Below, in pieces: positions 1 through 10,013 of a stretch of 64,000 bases of DNA (positions are counted from its first letter, which is position 1; the number at the start of each line of letters is the position of its first letter). The DNA is from Barthelona sp. PCE (taxonomy: Eukaryota). The stretch covers positions 992,001 through 1,056,000 of the forward strand of contig JAUFOR010000004.1 of assembly GCA_040285745.1 (NCBI GenBank). Reading direction: 5' to 3'. Made by a program: the position numbers and the translations under genes. The notes under the pieces are model-generated. The model ran no database searches. It had not been told where the DNA came from and saw nothing but the letters and a program-made list of their open reading frames with translations.

Positions 1-3000
1 CAAGATGCTTACAGTGGTCTTGCCACAAGTTTCACACCTCGTCCTAACTTTAGATTTACTTATGGATATGTTCATCCTGGTCTAGGAAATTCCATTACAC
101 TCAAGGTTATGGATATTCTTGAGCCTTTTACTTTTAACAAATTACCATTCTTGGGTAACGTCACATTCTATGTTGAGACCGAGAGCAAGGAGTTTAAGAT
201 CAAAGATATTCAACGTAAAGTTTTTGATTTAGGTAACTCAATCACAGTTACACCATTTGACGTTTCTAACGATAATGAAGTTTCTAATGCAGCAACTAAG
301 ATGAAACAACTTTCTAGTTCCGTTACTGGTGCAGATAAAACTGCCCTTGTTAATGAAATGCAATCATTCGCAAAGACTCTTCAGTCAGATTGGAGCACAA
401 AGACGATGGATTCAAGTTTCATTTGGCCTAACGTTTCAGAGTTAGATGTTAACGGTGTTGTTTCCAACAGTGATTCATCAAGCAATGGATTTTTGGATAT
501 TTCACCTGAAGAGATAGACAGTATGGATACTGAAGCTGTTGCAGTTGTTATAGAGTTCACATCATTGGCGGCAGCTTATGAACAAATTGGTGTTCTATCA
601 CCCACTGCGGTTGTTAGCAATCTGTTGGCATTAGGCGAGACATCAACGGGATTAATGGATACTTTGTTCAGTGTTTTAGCTGAGGCAATCAATGCAGAAT
701 CGTTTATCGACTCTGATTCCGATGCTGATTATATAATTGCTGCCAATAGTGCATTGATATTAGTTGATAACGCTATTTCAACTCTTGTTGATCGCAATCA
801 ACTTTCAGCCGAAATTTTAGATAAGGCTGTGATTTGTATTAATGCTGCAACTACAATTATTGGAGCACACTCTCTTTCAGGCAGTGAAGTTATATTCAAT
901 CAGACACAGTTTATCAGTGAAGTTTATGTAGGAACTGTTGATGCATTAGTGTCAATGGAAATTGATAGATTAAGTGTTATCAAGAGTGACACTGGTTCAG
1001 ATGACCGTGCAATTTCTGTTTCTCTAGTAACAATTCCAATGAGCAACACCCCTTTCACAGCTAAGGATGGTTTTGTTGGTGTGACTGATGTGTTCACTCT
1101 TTCAGCAGAATATGATGGTAGTGCTCTCACTATCAGTGAAACTTCAGTTGAATTGTTGAATGTTACCTTAGACTTTTCTGGTACATTTGAAAAGACAATC
1201 ACCACTTCTGATATTACAGTAATGGTTTACAACAATGAGTGGATGTCATCTGAATGTATGGTTCACAATGTTGTTGGTAATAATGAACAGGTTATTGTTG
1301 AATGCTCTGAAACTGGTACTTTCGCTGCGTTCATTACCAAGTCAATGAGCTGCGGATCGACCTTCTTTGGCGAAGACTGCGACGAGTGTGTCCGTAACCA
1401 CTACGGTGAGCACTGCGAGCCATGTCCTCTCGAATCCCCCAACGGTATCTGTGACGCCGGAATCTCCGGAACTGGTGCTCTTGTGTGTGTCTCTGACGCA
1501 TACAGCGGTGAGCTTTGTGACACTTGTAACTCCGGTTACTACGAACAGGGCTCTGCCTGTATCACATGTCCTCCCTGCGAGCGCGGTACGTGTCTTGATG
1601 GTACCGGTAACGGAACCTGTCAGTGCGAGCAGTACTTCACCGGTACTCTGTGTAACATGTGCGAGTTCGGCCGTACTGGTACTGATTGTGATGAGTGTAT
1701 CCCCAAATACTACTCATCTGAATGTATCGCGGCTGGCGCTTGTATCCACGGCACTTTGTTCGATGGCTTCAACGGCAACGGCAGCTGTGTGTGTGACGAA
1801 GGTTACACCGGCGCTGATTGTTCAGAAACCGACTCTGGTTATTATGGTCCCAACGCCGTCCCATGTCGCTCTTGCGAAAACGGCGGTACATGCGACGATG
1901 GTACTTCCGGATCAGGTATGTGTCTCTGTCCCGCAGGCTACAACCCCGGTACAAACTGTTCCACATGTATGCCCGGATATGTCGGTGCTTCTTGTGAGCT
2001 TGCCCGTGACTGCGGACCCGGTGGTGTTGTTTTTGACGGAATCACCGGAAACAACACGTGCCTTTGTGCAACTGGTTTCAACTCCAGCGCAGGTGGTGTG
2101 TGTGACGTTTGTATGAACAATCGATTCGGTGCTGCCTGTACAGTTTGTCCTTCATGCGACAACGGCCACTGTAGCGATACCGCTTCCGGTGACGGTAAGT
2201 GTATTTGCGATGAGTACTGGTCTGGTGCACTCTGCGATGAGTGCATTCCAGGTCGTCGAGGCTCAGATTGTTCCCTGTGTGTTGAGGGAGTTATAGTTGA
2301 CAGCAACGACGAATGTGTACTCTGCGATGCCGGATACTTCGGTGCAAAGTGCGAGAAGTGTCCTGCTTGTGTCCACGGAACGTGTAACGATACCATAACT
2401 GGTGACGGCATGTGCCTCTGTGAAGAGGGAACCACTGGTGGTCTTTGCGATCAAACCCTACCCGGCTACCGCATTGAGAACAATACAGTCATCAAGACAT
2501 GTCTCATCGACTGCCAGGGCAACTCTTTCTGTAACGAGTCACTTTCCGATCCTATTTGCGTGTGTCGCGCAGGCTGGTCTGGCGCTAACTGCGATGTCCC
2601 CGTCTGTAACGACTGTGCGGGTAACTGTGTTGCCCCTGACACATGCGTCTGTAGTGGTACCTTCACCGGTGCTAGCTGCGACGAATGTAAGAACGGCTGG
2701 GAAGGCGATTTGTGCGACGTTCCTATCTGTAGCTCCACGTGTGTCCACGGCACTTGCGTAGCCCCCGAGCGCTGTGAGTGCGATGCCGATTTCCGAGGTG
2801 TTCTGTGCGACGAGGCCATTCCCAAGTGCCCTATCTGCCCCACCAACGGTTTCTGCAACAAGAATAAGGAGTGCCAATGTAAGCACGGTTGGACCGGCGA
2901 TGAGTGCGATGAGCAAGTCACGTTGGATGAATCTAACTCTGTGTTCTACAAACGCATCAATAGCTTTGATTCCGAGCCTGTTTTATCAGTGATCATAGGT

Positions 3001-4848
3001 AACAGCACTTATGTTATTCTTGATGACGCTGAAATTCATCGGATCACCAATAACGAGGATGAGAAGATTTCCGAAGCACTTGAGGGTGATGTTGTTCATG
3101 TATTTGTCCAAGAAGAGTTTGCAATCTACCATGATGATGTGGTAAAGGTGTTCAGCTTCAGCGCGAAAGAATGGGAACCAGTTTCAGCTCCCTCAAACGG
3201 TGCTATCTCTATTGCTCCTAATTCAATTGGTATTGGTGTTGTTGAAGGCATCCTCTTTGTCGGTAGTAACCACGTGTTCATGGATATGCCTTCAATGAAT
3301 CTTTCAACTGTGAACATCACCGATAGTCCGAACCTCGGTCCATCTGCGATCTTTGATGCAAAGTCAGCCAGGCAAAGCAATGTTGTAGTACACGCTGACA
3401 CCCAGCTCAAGCTTTACGGGTACCTTCCGAATAATAGATGGGTTACTTATGATCCCATCGATATAGAGTGTCCTGCCATTTCAGTGAACATATTTGACAA
3501 CGATGTCATTATCGTGTGTCCCACATTGAATGCAACACACGCTGCCATTGTTAACGTCTCTGAAAACTCACATACCATTGAGTACATTCAGACTGACACC
3601 ACTCTTCTGAGTGCAGGTCACCTCACCATTGACGATGATGGATTAACCATTGTCGGCCAACACTCCACCACGACCATTGGCACTAAGCCTCCTGTCGAGG
3701 TTGATCCGTTCGCTGTCGAGGCAACTGCTCCTCAAACCGTTTCTGGTGATATTCTTGTTTCTTACGATGGCGATCTCTTCATCGTAAGTGACACTATGCC
3801 TTACATGAAGCGCTACGTCGAGGCTGACGACCGATGGGATGAGTACACCATGTCCGTGACAACAACCGCAACCGACTTCATCGGCAATTGCGCAGCATCA
3901 CGTGCATCTACCACCGGTACCACGACACGCATTGTATGTGTAGATGCCGACCAGAAGGCAACACTTCAGGTACTCACAGTCGATTGGGAACTTTCAACAA
4001 TTTACATGGACTCGATCCCCATCGCTTCCGATGTTGCAGAGCTCTCCGACGCCTCCCTCGCTGCCTCCGAAACGCACTTCTTCATCATGGGTAAGACTGC
4101 GCACTCATCGCTCCTCTTCAAGATCGATAATGTGTTCATGAGCACTCTCACAGTCTCTCTCAAGGATACAGTTCCTGCCGCCGCATCAACGATCGTCGTT
4201 GATGATGACATTTACATGTTCGGTGGTAAGCCCGTAACTCAGGTGATGTACGTAGTCAACACTCGCTCAGGTGTCGTCACCAAGAATGACGTTAATGACG
4301 CGCATGTCGCGTTCGCTGGTCTCACTGGTGGTTGGAAATTTGGCTCTAAGCTCGCCACATACGGCACGAACCCCGTCACCGGTACAACTGTTGGTTTCGT
4401 TATTGATACTGAAACACTCGACGTTCTGCGTCTGCCCGCTGAACTCGGTGGTGTGTCCCTTGATGGAAAGGTTGTTAAATCCCTCGGTCCTCGTACTGGG
4501 GGCTCCGCCCTCGTGCTCCTGGCTGACGACATGGCTGGAACCAACCCTTCCGTTGTTGAGTTCACGTTCTATGATGTGTGCGGTGTCCAGTCGTCATCTG
4601 GATCCGTGTGTAACGTCGAGACCGGTACTTATGTCACCGATCCTGAACCCGAACCTGAGGAGGAGACTTCATACTTCGGCATCGTGTTGATCGTCATATT
4701 TATCAGCATCTTTGTTATTGGTGCTATATATATGAATAAGAAGGTTGAGGAAAAGCCTGAAATGGATATGTTTGCACCTAACTTTATGGAGATGGAGCCA
4801 ACCCAGTCTGGAGTTCCGTTCAATGTCTACCAAAGTACATCATTGTAA
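1..4848 (+). CDS. Giant type-I membrane protein, 5'-partial: REJ/GAIN-like region with GPS-like motif, long EGF/laminin-EGF array, beta-propeller (Kelch-like) region, single C-terminal TM
   Basis: Frame is open from base 1 (CAA GAT GCT...) into the 109..4848 ORF. W-x4-C...C-x5-FA motif at ~1240-1330; many EGF-type Cys repeats at ~1350-2910; 'IYMFGG' Kelch-like motif; TM 'YFGIVLIVIFISIFVIGAIY' then a short tail. Confidence 0.8.
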   Translation, partial: QDAYSGLATSFTPRPNFRFTYGYVHPGLGNSITLKVMDILEPFTFNKLPFLGNVTFYVETESKEFKIKDIQRKVFDLGNSITVTPFDVSNDNEVSNAATKMKQLSSSVTGADKTALVNEMQSFAKTLQSDWSTKTMDSSFIWPNVSELDVNGVVSNSDSSSNGFLDISPEEIDSMDTEAVAVVIEFTSLAAAYEQIGVLSPTAVVSNLLALGETSTGLMDTLFSVLAEAINAESFIDSDSDADYIIAANSALILVDNAISTLVDRNQLSAEILDKAVICINAATTIIGAHSLSGSEVIFNQTQFISEVYVGTVDALVSMEIDRLSVIKSDTGSDDRAISVSLVTIPMSNTPFTAKDGFVGVTDVFTLSAEYDGSALTISETSVELLNVTLDFSGTFEKTITTSDITVMVYNNEWMSSECMVHNVVGNNEQVIVECSETGTFAAFITKSMSCGSTFFGEDCDECVRNHYGEHCEPCPLESPNGICDAGISGTGALVCVSDAYSGELCDTCNSGYYEQGSACITCPPCERGTCLDGTGNGTCQCEQYFTGTLCNMCEFGRTGTDCDECIPKYYSSECIAAGACIHGTLFDGFNGNGSCVCDEGYTGADCSETDSGYYGPNAVPCRSCENGGTCDDGTSGSGMCLCPAGYNPGTNCSTCMPGYVGASCELARDCGPGGVVFDGITGNNTCLCATGFNSSAGGVCDVCMNNRFGAACTVCPSCDNGHCSDTASGDGKCICDEYWSGALCDECIPGRRGSDCSLCVEGVIVDSNDECVLCDAGYFGAKCEKCPACVHGTCNDTITGDGMCLCEEGTTGGLCDQTLPGYRIENNTVIKTCLIDCQGNSFCNESLSDPICVCRAGWSGANCDVPVCNDCAGNCVAPDTCVCSGTFTGASCDECKNGWEGDLCDVPICSSTCVHGTCVAPERCECDADFRGVLCDEAIPKCPICPTNGFCNKNKECQCKHGWTGDECDEQVTLDESNSVFYKRINSFDSEPVLSVIIGNSTYVILDDAEIHRITNNEDEKISEALEGDVVHVFVQEEFAIYHDDVVKVFSFSAKEWEPVSAPSNGAISIAPNSIGIGVVEGILFVGSNHVFMDMPSMNLSTVNITDSPNLGPSAIFDAKSARQSNVVVHADTQLKLYGYLPNNRWVTYDPIDIECPAISVNIFDNDVIIVCPTLNATHAAIVNVSENSHTIEYIQTDTTLLSAGHLTIDDDGLTIVGQHSTTTIGTKPPVEVDPFAVEATAPQTVSGDILVSYDGDLFIVSDTMPYMKRYVEADDRWDEYTMSVTTTATDFIGNCAASRASTTGTTTRIVCVDADQKATLQVLTVDWELSTIYMDSIPIASDVAELSDASLAASETHFFIMGKTAHSSLLFKIDNVFMSTLTVSLKDTVPAAASTIVVDDDIYMFGGKPVTQVMYVVNTRSGVVTKNDVNDAHVAFAGLTGGWKFGSKLATYGTNPVTGTTVGFVIDTETLDVLRLPAELGGVSLDGKVVKSLGPRTGGSALVLLADDMAGTNPSVVEFTFYDVCGVQSSSGSVCNVETGTYVTDPEPEPEEETSYFGIVLIVIFISIFVIGAIYMNKKVEEKPEMDMFAPNFMEMEPTQSGVPFNVYQSTSL

Positions 4849-4876
4849 TATTTGAAATAAAATAAAATCGAAATCT

Positions 4877-5497
4877 TTACATTTTTTTGGGTAAAGTTTT
4901 TCTCCTTTTAGGTTTCTTCTCCTTTGGTGTGAACGACGGGGCGAGTTCCATGGTTTCTTTATCAGATATTGTCTCATATTCACTTGTTGACTCAATTTCA
5001 CTATGAGATACAAATACAGTACTTTCATCGTCTGGAAGACCTACTGTAGAACTAAGAATCACAGGCGCAGCACGTGGTTTTCTGGCAATGGGGGTAACTG
5101 AATCTTCTGGATTACCAGTATTAAATTCAATTGCTTGAATTTTCTGATGTGTTTGTGTTTTGTTTGAGATAAGATTAGCTTCTAGGTCATCAAATCTCTT
5201 CTCAAACATGTCCAATTTGGAACAAATTCTGTCTATTTGTGATAACTGAGATGATTGTGTGGCAACTTTAACAAGATCACTTACCTGCTTCTTAAGTCGG
5301 TCTATTTCAGCTTCCTTCTCCGCTATACATTCAACAGCTTCTTCGGCGGCCTTCTTTTTGTTCACATAGCGTGCTTGAATCGTGAAAACTTCTACTTCAT
5401 CGCTAAGACAACGCATTTCGTTTGTTTTATCCCTAAACTGCTCCAGCTGCTGTTGAAGAGCGGCATAAGTCTCGTTGATTTGATCGAGTTGACTCAT
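4877..5497 (-). CDS. Hypothetical coiled-coil protein with basic C-terminus (possible NLS)
   Basis: First ATG in the ORF at 5497 (MSQLDQINE...); heptad-rich N-half; ends KEKKPKRRKTLPKKM. Confidence 0.6.
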   Translation of the reverse strand: MSQLDQINETYAALQQQLEQFRDKTNEMRCLSDEVEVFTIQARYVNKKKAAEEAVECIAEKEAEIDRLKKQVSDLVKVATQSSQLSQIDRICSKLDMFEKRFDDLEANLISNKTQTHQKIQAIEFNTGNPEDSVTPIARKPRAAPVILSSTVGLPDDESTVFVSHSEIESTSEYETISDKETMELAPSFTPKEKKPKRRKTLPKKM

Positions 5498-5708
5498 TAT
5501 AAGAAGCCCACTATGAAATGAGAACAAAAGACATATAGCAGGTGGAAGATGTTTGGTGCGTTTATAGTTGGGTGTAATATTGTGTTTCTGAAGCAGTTTG
5601 CTGGTGAAAGTGTTAAAAAAGACAGTGCGTAAAAACCTGTTTTCGTTGCCTATCGTTTTGCTTTACTTTTTATCCCCCTTTTCATCCTATAACTCCGTTA
5701 TTACAAGA

Positions 5709-7097
5709 ATGCACTTCAATTTCGAGCTATTCTTGAACGAAAATTCACGTCAGCTAAAGGCAATTTGGAATGCCCATCAAAACAAGGATAAACTCAGCAA
5801 TCGCATTATTAATAATGCTCAAATTGCAGATTTAGTGTATGATATGAACTATAAAACGAAATAACTAACACATAGTAAGACTTTGCATGATGAAGAGAAT
5901 CTTCCGATACATATGTGCGCATATATGCTTCAAGGTCTTATTAACCTGCAAAGTAAGCGGGTTACAAAATTGTATAAGCTTGCAACTCAAGCATATGAGA
6001 ACATTCTCCTGAGCCAATCTTCTAGCTTTAAGAAAGCAAAGAAGAAGTCCTCAAAATCGCACGTAACACGCAGGAAGAAACCCAAGTCAAACGTTGAGAG
6101 TATGGAAAAAGCAATAGAACTGGAAAAACAGGGTGATTTACTCGATCTTGACAACTTTCTGGATGATATTGAGATGTTACGTACTAGAAACCAAGAACAA
6201 TCCGGCCTCAACAACATGAACTTCCTTGATATGCTAAATGCAGGGAATTTTTTGAGTATGACGAATCCAAATGACGAGATGGATGCACTAACGGTTAATA
6301 GCGATCAACAAGTTATAAATCTTCCTGATTTCCCAACACTGGACGGTATGCCCGAACTTCCTTCAATGAATGAATTTGTCACAGGTTTGCCAGATTTACC
6401 TTCACTTGATATGCAACAAGTTGAAATACCTCAACCTCAACTTGACCGTTCTGTCATCATACAGCGCCGTAAAAAGCGCGTTTCAATGGATTTCAATGTT
6501 AATATAGATCCAAAAACCTTCAACAAATATATCACAAAAACAGGGCAAACGTTGCGAAATTTTTCGCTCCCAAACAAGGCACAGGCGACATTTATCCACC
6601 CGTTCATCACGTTTTACCACTTCGGAGCGGACCTTACCGAACAGGAGATTAGTATTTCACGTACAACAATTGAAAAGCTCCGTAATGAAAGTTCAGGTGA
6701 GGTTAGAAAAAGCGATTCCCATATCTCATTCCGCAACAGCAGTCAACACAGCGATGTCAGCGAAGTCAGTAACATCAGCGCTCCTCTTTTAGACATAGAA
6801 ATTCCGGAGCTACCAGACCTAATGCAAGATTTTCCTTCTTTCACAGGATTGCCCAATGATAGACAATCCAGTAATGATAACATTCTAGCGCATTGTAGTG
6901 TTGGCGTTGAATCTAGTATTCGGCTTAGCGGTGTTGAGACCAGAACAATTGCAGCTAAACACTTTTATAATCTCCTGGTTTATGCCTCAAGTGGGACTGC
7001 TGTTATCACAAGATACACAAACAGCGACGTCTACTTCAAGCGTGTCATCGATGACGATGATGCAGAGATATTGGATAGCGCTTTAGGAGAGTACTAA
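5709..7097 (+). CDS. Rad21/Rec8-family cohesin alpha-kleisin, join(5709..5836,5876..7097), 449 aa
   Basis: Spliced N-terminus MHFNFELFLNENSRQLKAIWNAHQNKDKLS...LPIHMCAYMLQGLINLQSKR matches the Rad21/Rec8 N-domain. C-terminal 'RTIAAKHFYNLLVY' matches the kleisin winged helix. ExxR sites lie in the middle region. Confidence 0.85.
5837..5875 (+). other. 39-nt spliceosomal intron
   Basis: GTATGA...ACTAACACATAG. Removing it deletes an in-frame TAA (5862-5864) and joins the two kleisin ORFs in frame (GT|T = Val). Confidence 0.85.
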
Positions 7098-8008
7098 ACA
7101 TCAGGCAGAAATAAAGATTTTTCAACTTCAATTGTAATTTCACTAATTTCAGTGTCAGTGTCAGTGTCAGTGTCATCGAATAAATTTTCTGCTGAACTTG
7201 GTAATATATCGCTCTCAATAGCAAAAGTAGATTGCCCTAACAATTTGCTATCACTTGGGTGTCTTGAAATCGGTGTTTGCGGAACAATAACGTTCGAATT
7301 ATGCAGGGCAACGGTGCCCAAAGTCATATCATCGAAAGTATCAATCTTCTTACTGACCCCATCTCTGTTAATATAATGAATAGTGACAGCAAGTGAACAA
7401 CCTAACAATGGAAATATGAACCACATGGTGCCCTTACCAGAGAACAACCATGTCAAAAAGAGCAAGATATTAACTATAAAAGATGTTGTACAATGACACC
7501 AAAGACCAATATACTCTGGTTTCTTTTGAACTATTAAATGTATGAGAATTGCAATGAGCCACATGCCGACTGGGTATATGAACCATGGGAAGTGGTGTGG
7601 GTTGACACAGAGCCATGTTAAGACAAGCATTACTGATATTGTTACAAAAAAACTGCAATGACTTAAGAATGATCGAGAAATTCCTCGTTTTGAAGGTGTC
7701 ATGTCGAGGAAACGATGTGATAGAACAGCACCACCCCATGGAAGTGCAACATGCATGTACCATGGGTATATGCTTTCCGAAATTTGCCAAATAAAAAGAA
7801 GACTTGCAATTGTGAAGAGATAAACGGCAAAATGAGTCTTGAATGCTCTAGATGTGTAGTAATCCCGTGGACATGTAACCATAACCATTCCCCCAGCTCC
7901 AGGATCCTCAAAACCTCTCATATTTGGATATTTCAATTCATGCTGTTGAATTTTTCCTGTACTATGGTCCCCAATGCTGTCTGAAAACTTAAAATCAGTT
8001 TCAGACAT
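7094..8008 (-). CDS. Membrane protein with three tandem 2TM-like helical-hairpin repeats
   Basis: Three repeats of H...(P)W..YP...W.....H, e.g. SHCSFFVTISVMLVLTWLCVNPHHFPWFIYPVGMWLIAILIH; acidic tail. Confidence 0.7.
   Translation of the reverse strand: MSETDFKFSDSIGDHSTGKIQQHELKYPNMRGFEDPGAGGMVMVTCPRDYYTSRAFKTHFAVYLFTIASLLFIWQISESIYPWYMHVALPWGGAVLSHRFLDMTPSKRGISRSFLSHCSFFVTISVMLVLTWLCVNPHHFPWFIYPVGMWLIAILIHLIVQKKPEYIGLWCHCTTSFIVNILLFLTWLFSGKGTMWFIFPLLGCSLAVTIHYINRDGVSKKIDTFDDMTLGTVALHNSNVIVPQTPISRHPSDSKLLGQSTFAIESDILPSSAENLFDDTDTDTDTEISEITIEVEKSLFLPDV
7149..7175. repeat. (TCAGTG)x4.5 coding microsatellite
   Basis: Direct reading; encodes the DTDTDTDT run of the minus-strand gene. Confidence 0.9.
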
Positions 8009-8539
8009 GTTAATGAGGTGTTATATTCTAAAACACCTTATTCATTTGAATATCAAGTATTTTGTTTTAATATGAGCACAAGTGTCTGATTATAGGATGG
8101 TTAAATGTTGTTATGGGGTATTTTTTTTTTTTAAATCAATTTTCAAGACTTACATTAACTTTGTGCACTTAGGGGAACCGTAGATTCAGTTTTAAGTTGT
8201 CCACATGAATATAAATTGGGAGATTTAGCATACAAAGCATTTAAGTAAGAAAGTACACTAAGTAACGTTTTACTTTAACATCACTTTCGTTAATCAGTGT
8301 TTGTATTATTAAAGGGCCAGTTTTTGGACAAATTAGAACACATGCTGCATTTTACTATAACCGGCAACATTTTTGTGAGCGTGGTTTTTGCATATTTGGC
8401 ATATGAAATAGCTTCTAAGCACAGTAAATATAACATCATTGAATGATAGATATTCGATGGATTGATGGAACACTAGTAATAATGTTTTCACAATATAAAC
8501 CATTTTCAACTGTTTACAACATAATTGCTAACGGTAATA

Positions 8540-8977
8540 ATGCGATTTGTCAACCATCAGAAGACATTGTTTTATTCTCTCATCTTTCAAGCAATACTTT
8601 TCCCGTTAATATCTGTGAGTGTTGCTCTTTATGATTCAGATTATCACGCAGTTGAATTATACTACGCACATAACGTTTCTATCATACTATTATTCCTTGC
8701 ATACAGAAAACCGAACAAAATGTTTTTAATGTTAGCTTTAGCCTTTTCATTTATATTTGGTATGATTGCATGCGGTCAGCTTTGTCAGAGTTATGGGCTC
8801 TCACGTATCTCTTGGAAACATATTATGGAAAACAAAGGATCACCACCAGTTTTCAATCAGTATAGTAACAGTGCTTTTTTTGCTAACGCTAGTATGATTA
8901 TAGTGTTTGCATATGCAGCTCCTCTCTTTTCACTATCATCAATGTATTTGTTTGAGCTTCAGGCTTCATCAAAATAA
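8540..8977 (+). CDS. Small multi-pass membrane protein; 5' end uncertain
   Basis: About four hydrophobic segments; first ATG in the frame at 8540. Confidence 0.5.
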   Translation: MRFVNHQKTLFYSLIFQAILFPLISVSVALYDSDYHAVELYYAHNVSIILLFLAYRKPNKMFLMLALAFSFIFGMIACGQLCQSYGLSRISWKHIMENKGSPPVFNQYSNSAFFANASMIIVFAYAAPLFSLSSMYLFELQASSK

Positions 8978-9038
8978 TCTGTATTTAATTAATTCACAGA
9001 AGCATCATTCAATTAATGAATAATTTAAAATATTTACA

Positions 9039-10013
9039 TTATTCAAACGCGTTAGAAGGAGGTAAGTCATGACCTTCACCCCTTAATACAGGAAATACAT
9101 ATTCGTGATATATTTGAATGGCCACATCATCAGTAAAGTCTTTATGTTTAATACCACTCACTTTGTAAGCACGCATTCTATTTTCTTGCATTAACTCGAA
9201 CAAACCTAACACATCACCGTTTTCTCTTGATAAAGGATGTTCTTCATCATAAATACTATGAATATCAGTAGAATTTGGAATAAATTCGCTAAAAACACCA
9301 GATTGCCAAGGACGTACTGTTTTATCATCCTCATTAGCAATAAATAATGCAAATTCTAAAGAATTTAATTTCTTACATTCATGAAAATTACGAATATTGT
9401 TTAAATCTGGTAATAATCTACTTTTTTCAAGAAATTTGTTAATGTTATATGTATCTCTGAAATAATTCAAGAAACTTAATCGTTTTTGAAAGAATTTTGC
9501 ATATTCCCAAGTTTTCATTACATAATGAATGAACTTACTCGAAATGAAAGAAATTTTTGGGACTTGACTCACACCACTATTAGGGGTGAAGCCAGTGATT
9601 AGTCTGCGGACTTGAGGGTACCTCTCTGGTTCTTGATTAGCATAGTTTTGAACATAACTACGAGTAATTATTCCACCTTGACTATGTGCTACTATATCAA
9701 TAACCGGAACATCTAAAGCAGCCATTTGTTCAGCAAAGTTGTCAATTTGGAGAAGAAGATCCATTTTGACAGAATCTAAGACTCCTTTACCGATCTCAAT
9801 TACGTGAAGCGGGCGGTTAGGAAATTCTTGCTCAAAATGAGGTACAATTCCTTCCCAGGCAACAACAGACGCAACAATGCCATGCATCAGTATTATGGGT
9901 ATACCTTCATCGCTTGTTTGAATGAAGTTAGAACTTGGAACAACATTAGTAGCAGCTTTTTCCGATGCTGAAGTAATGACCATTAATAAAACAAATAAAA
10001 ATACAAATTTCAT
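9039..10013 (-). CDS. Palmitoyl-protein thioesterase (PPT1/PPT2 family, alpha/beta hydrolase), signal peptide
   Basis: PIILMHGI, nucleophile motif AHSQGG, 'DDKTVRPWQS..F' and a C-terminal His; hydrophobic N-terminus. Confidence 0.85.
   Translation of the reverse strand: MKFVFLFVLLMVITSASEKAATNVVPSSNFIQTSDEGIPIILMHGIVASVVAWEGIVPHFEQEFPNRPLHVIEIGKGVLDSVKMDLLLQIDNFAEQMAALDVPVIDIVAHSQGGIITRSYVQNYANQEPERYPQVRRLITGFTPNSGVSQVPKISFISSKFIHYVMKTWEYAKFFQKRLSFLNYFRDTYNINKFLEKSRLLPDLNNIRNFHECKKLNSLEFALFIANEDDKTVRPWQSGVFSEFIPNSTDIHSIYDEEHPLSRENGDVLGLFELMQENRMRAYKVSGIKHKDFTDDVAIQIYHEYVFPVLRGEGHDLPPSNAFE

Noticed and set aside
924-4823. Many overlapping alternative-frame ORFs in the EGF gene, and likewise at 53760-55649
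   Set aside because: Shadow ORFs expected in GC-rich coding DNA; no recognisable motifs.
8342-8634. Possible upstream exons for the 8540 gene (short hydrophobic ORF at 8342; GTAAAT...TAG at ~8424-8449)
   Set aside because: No CTAAC branch motif at the right spacing, and no splice path I could support into the main frame.
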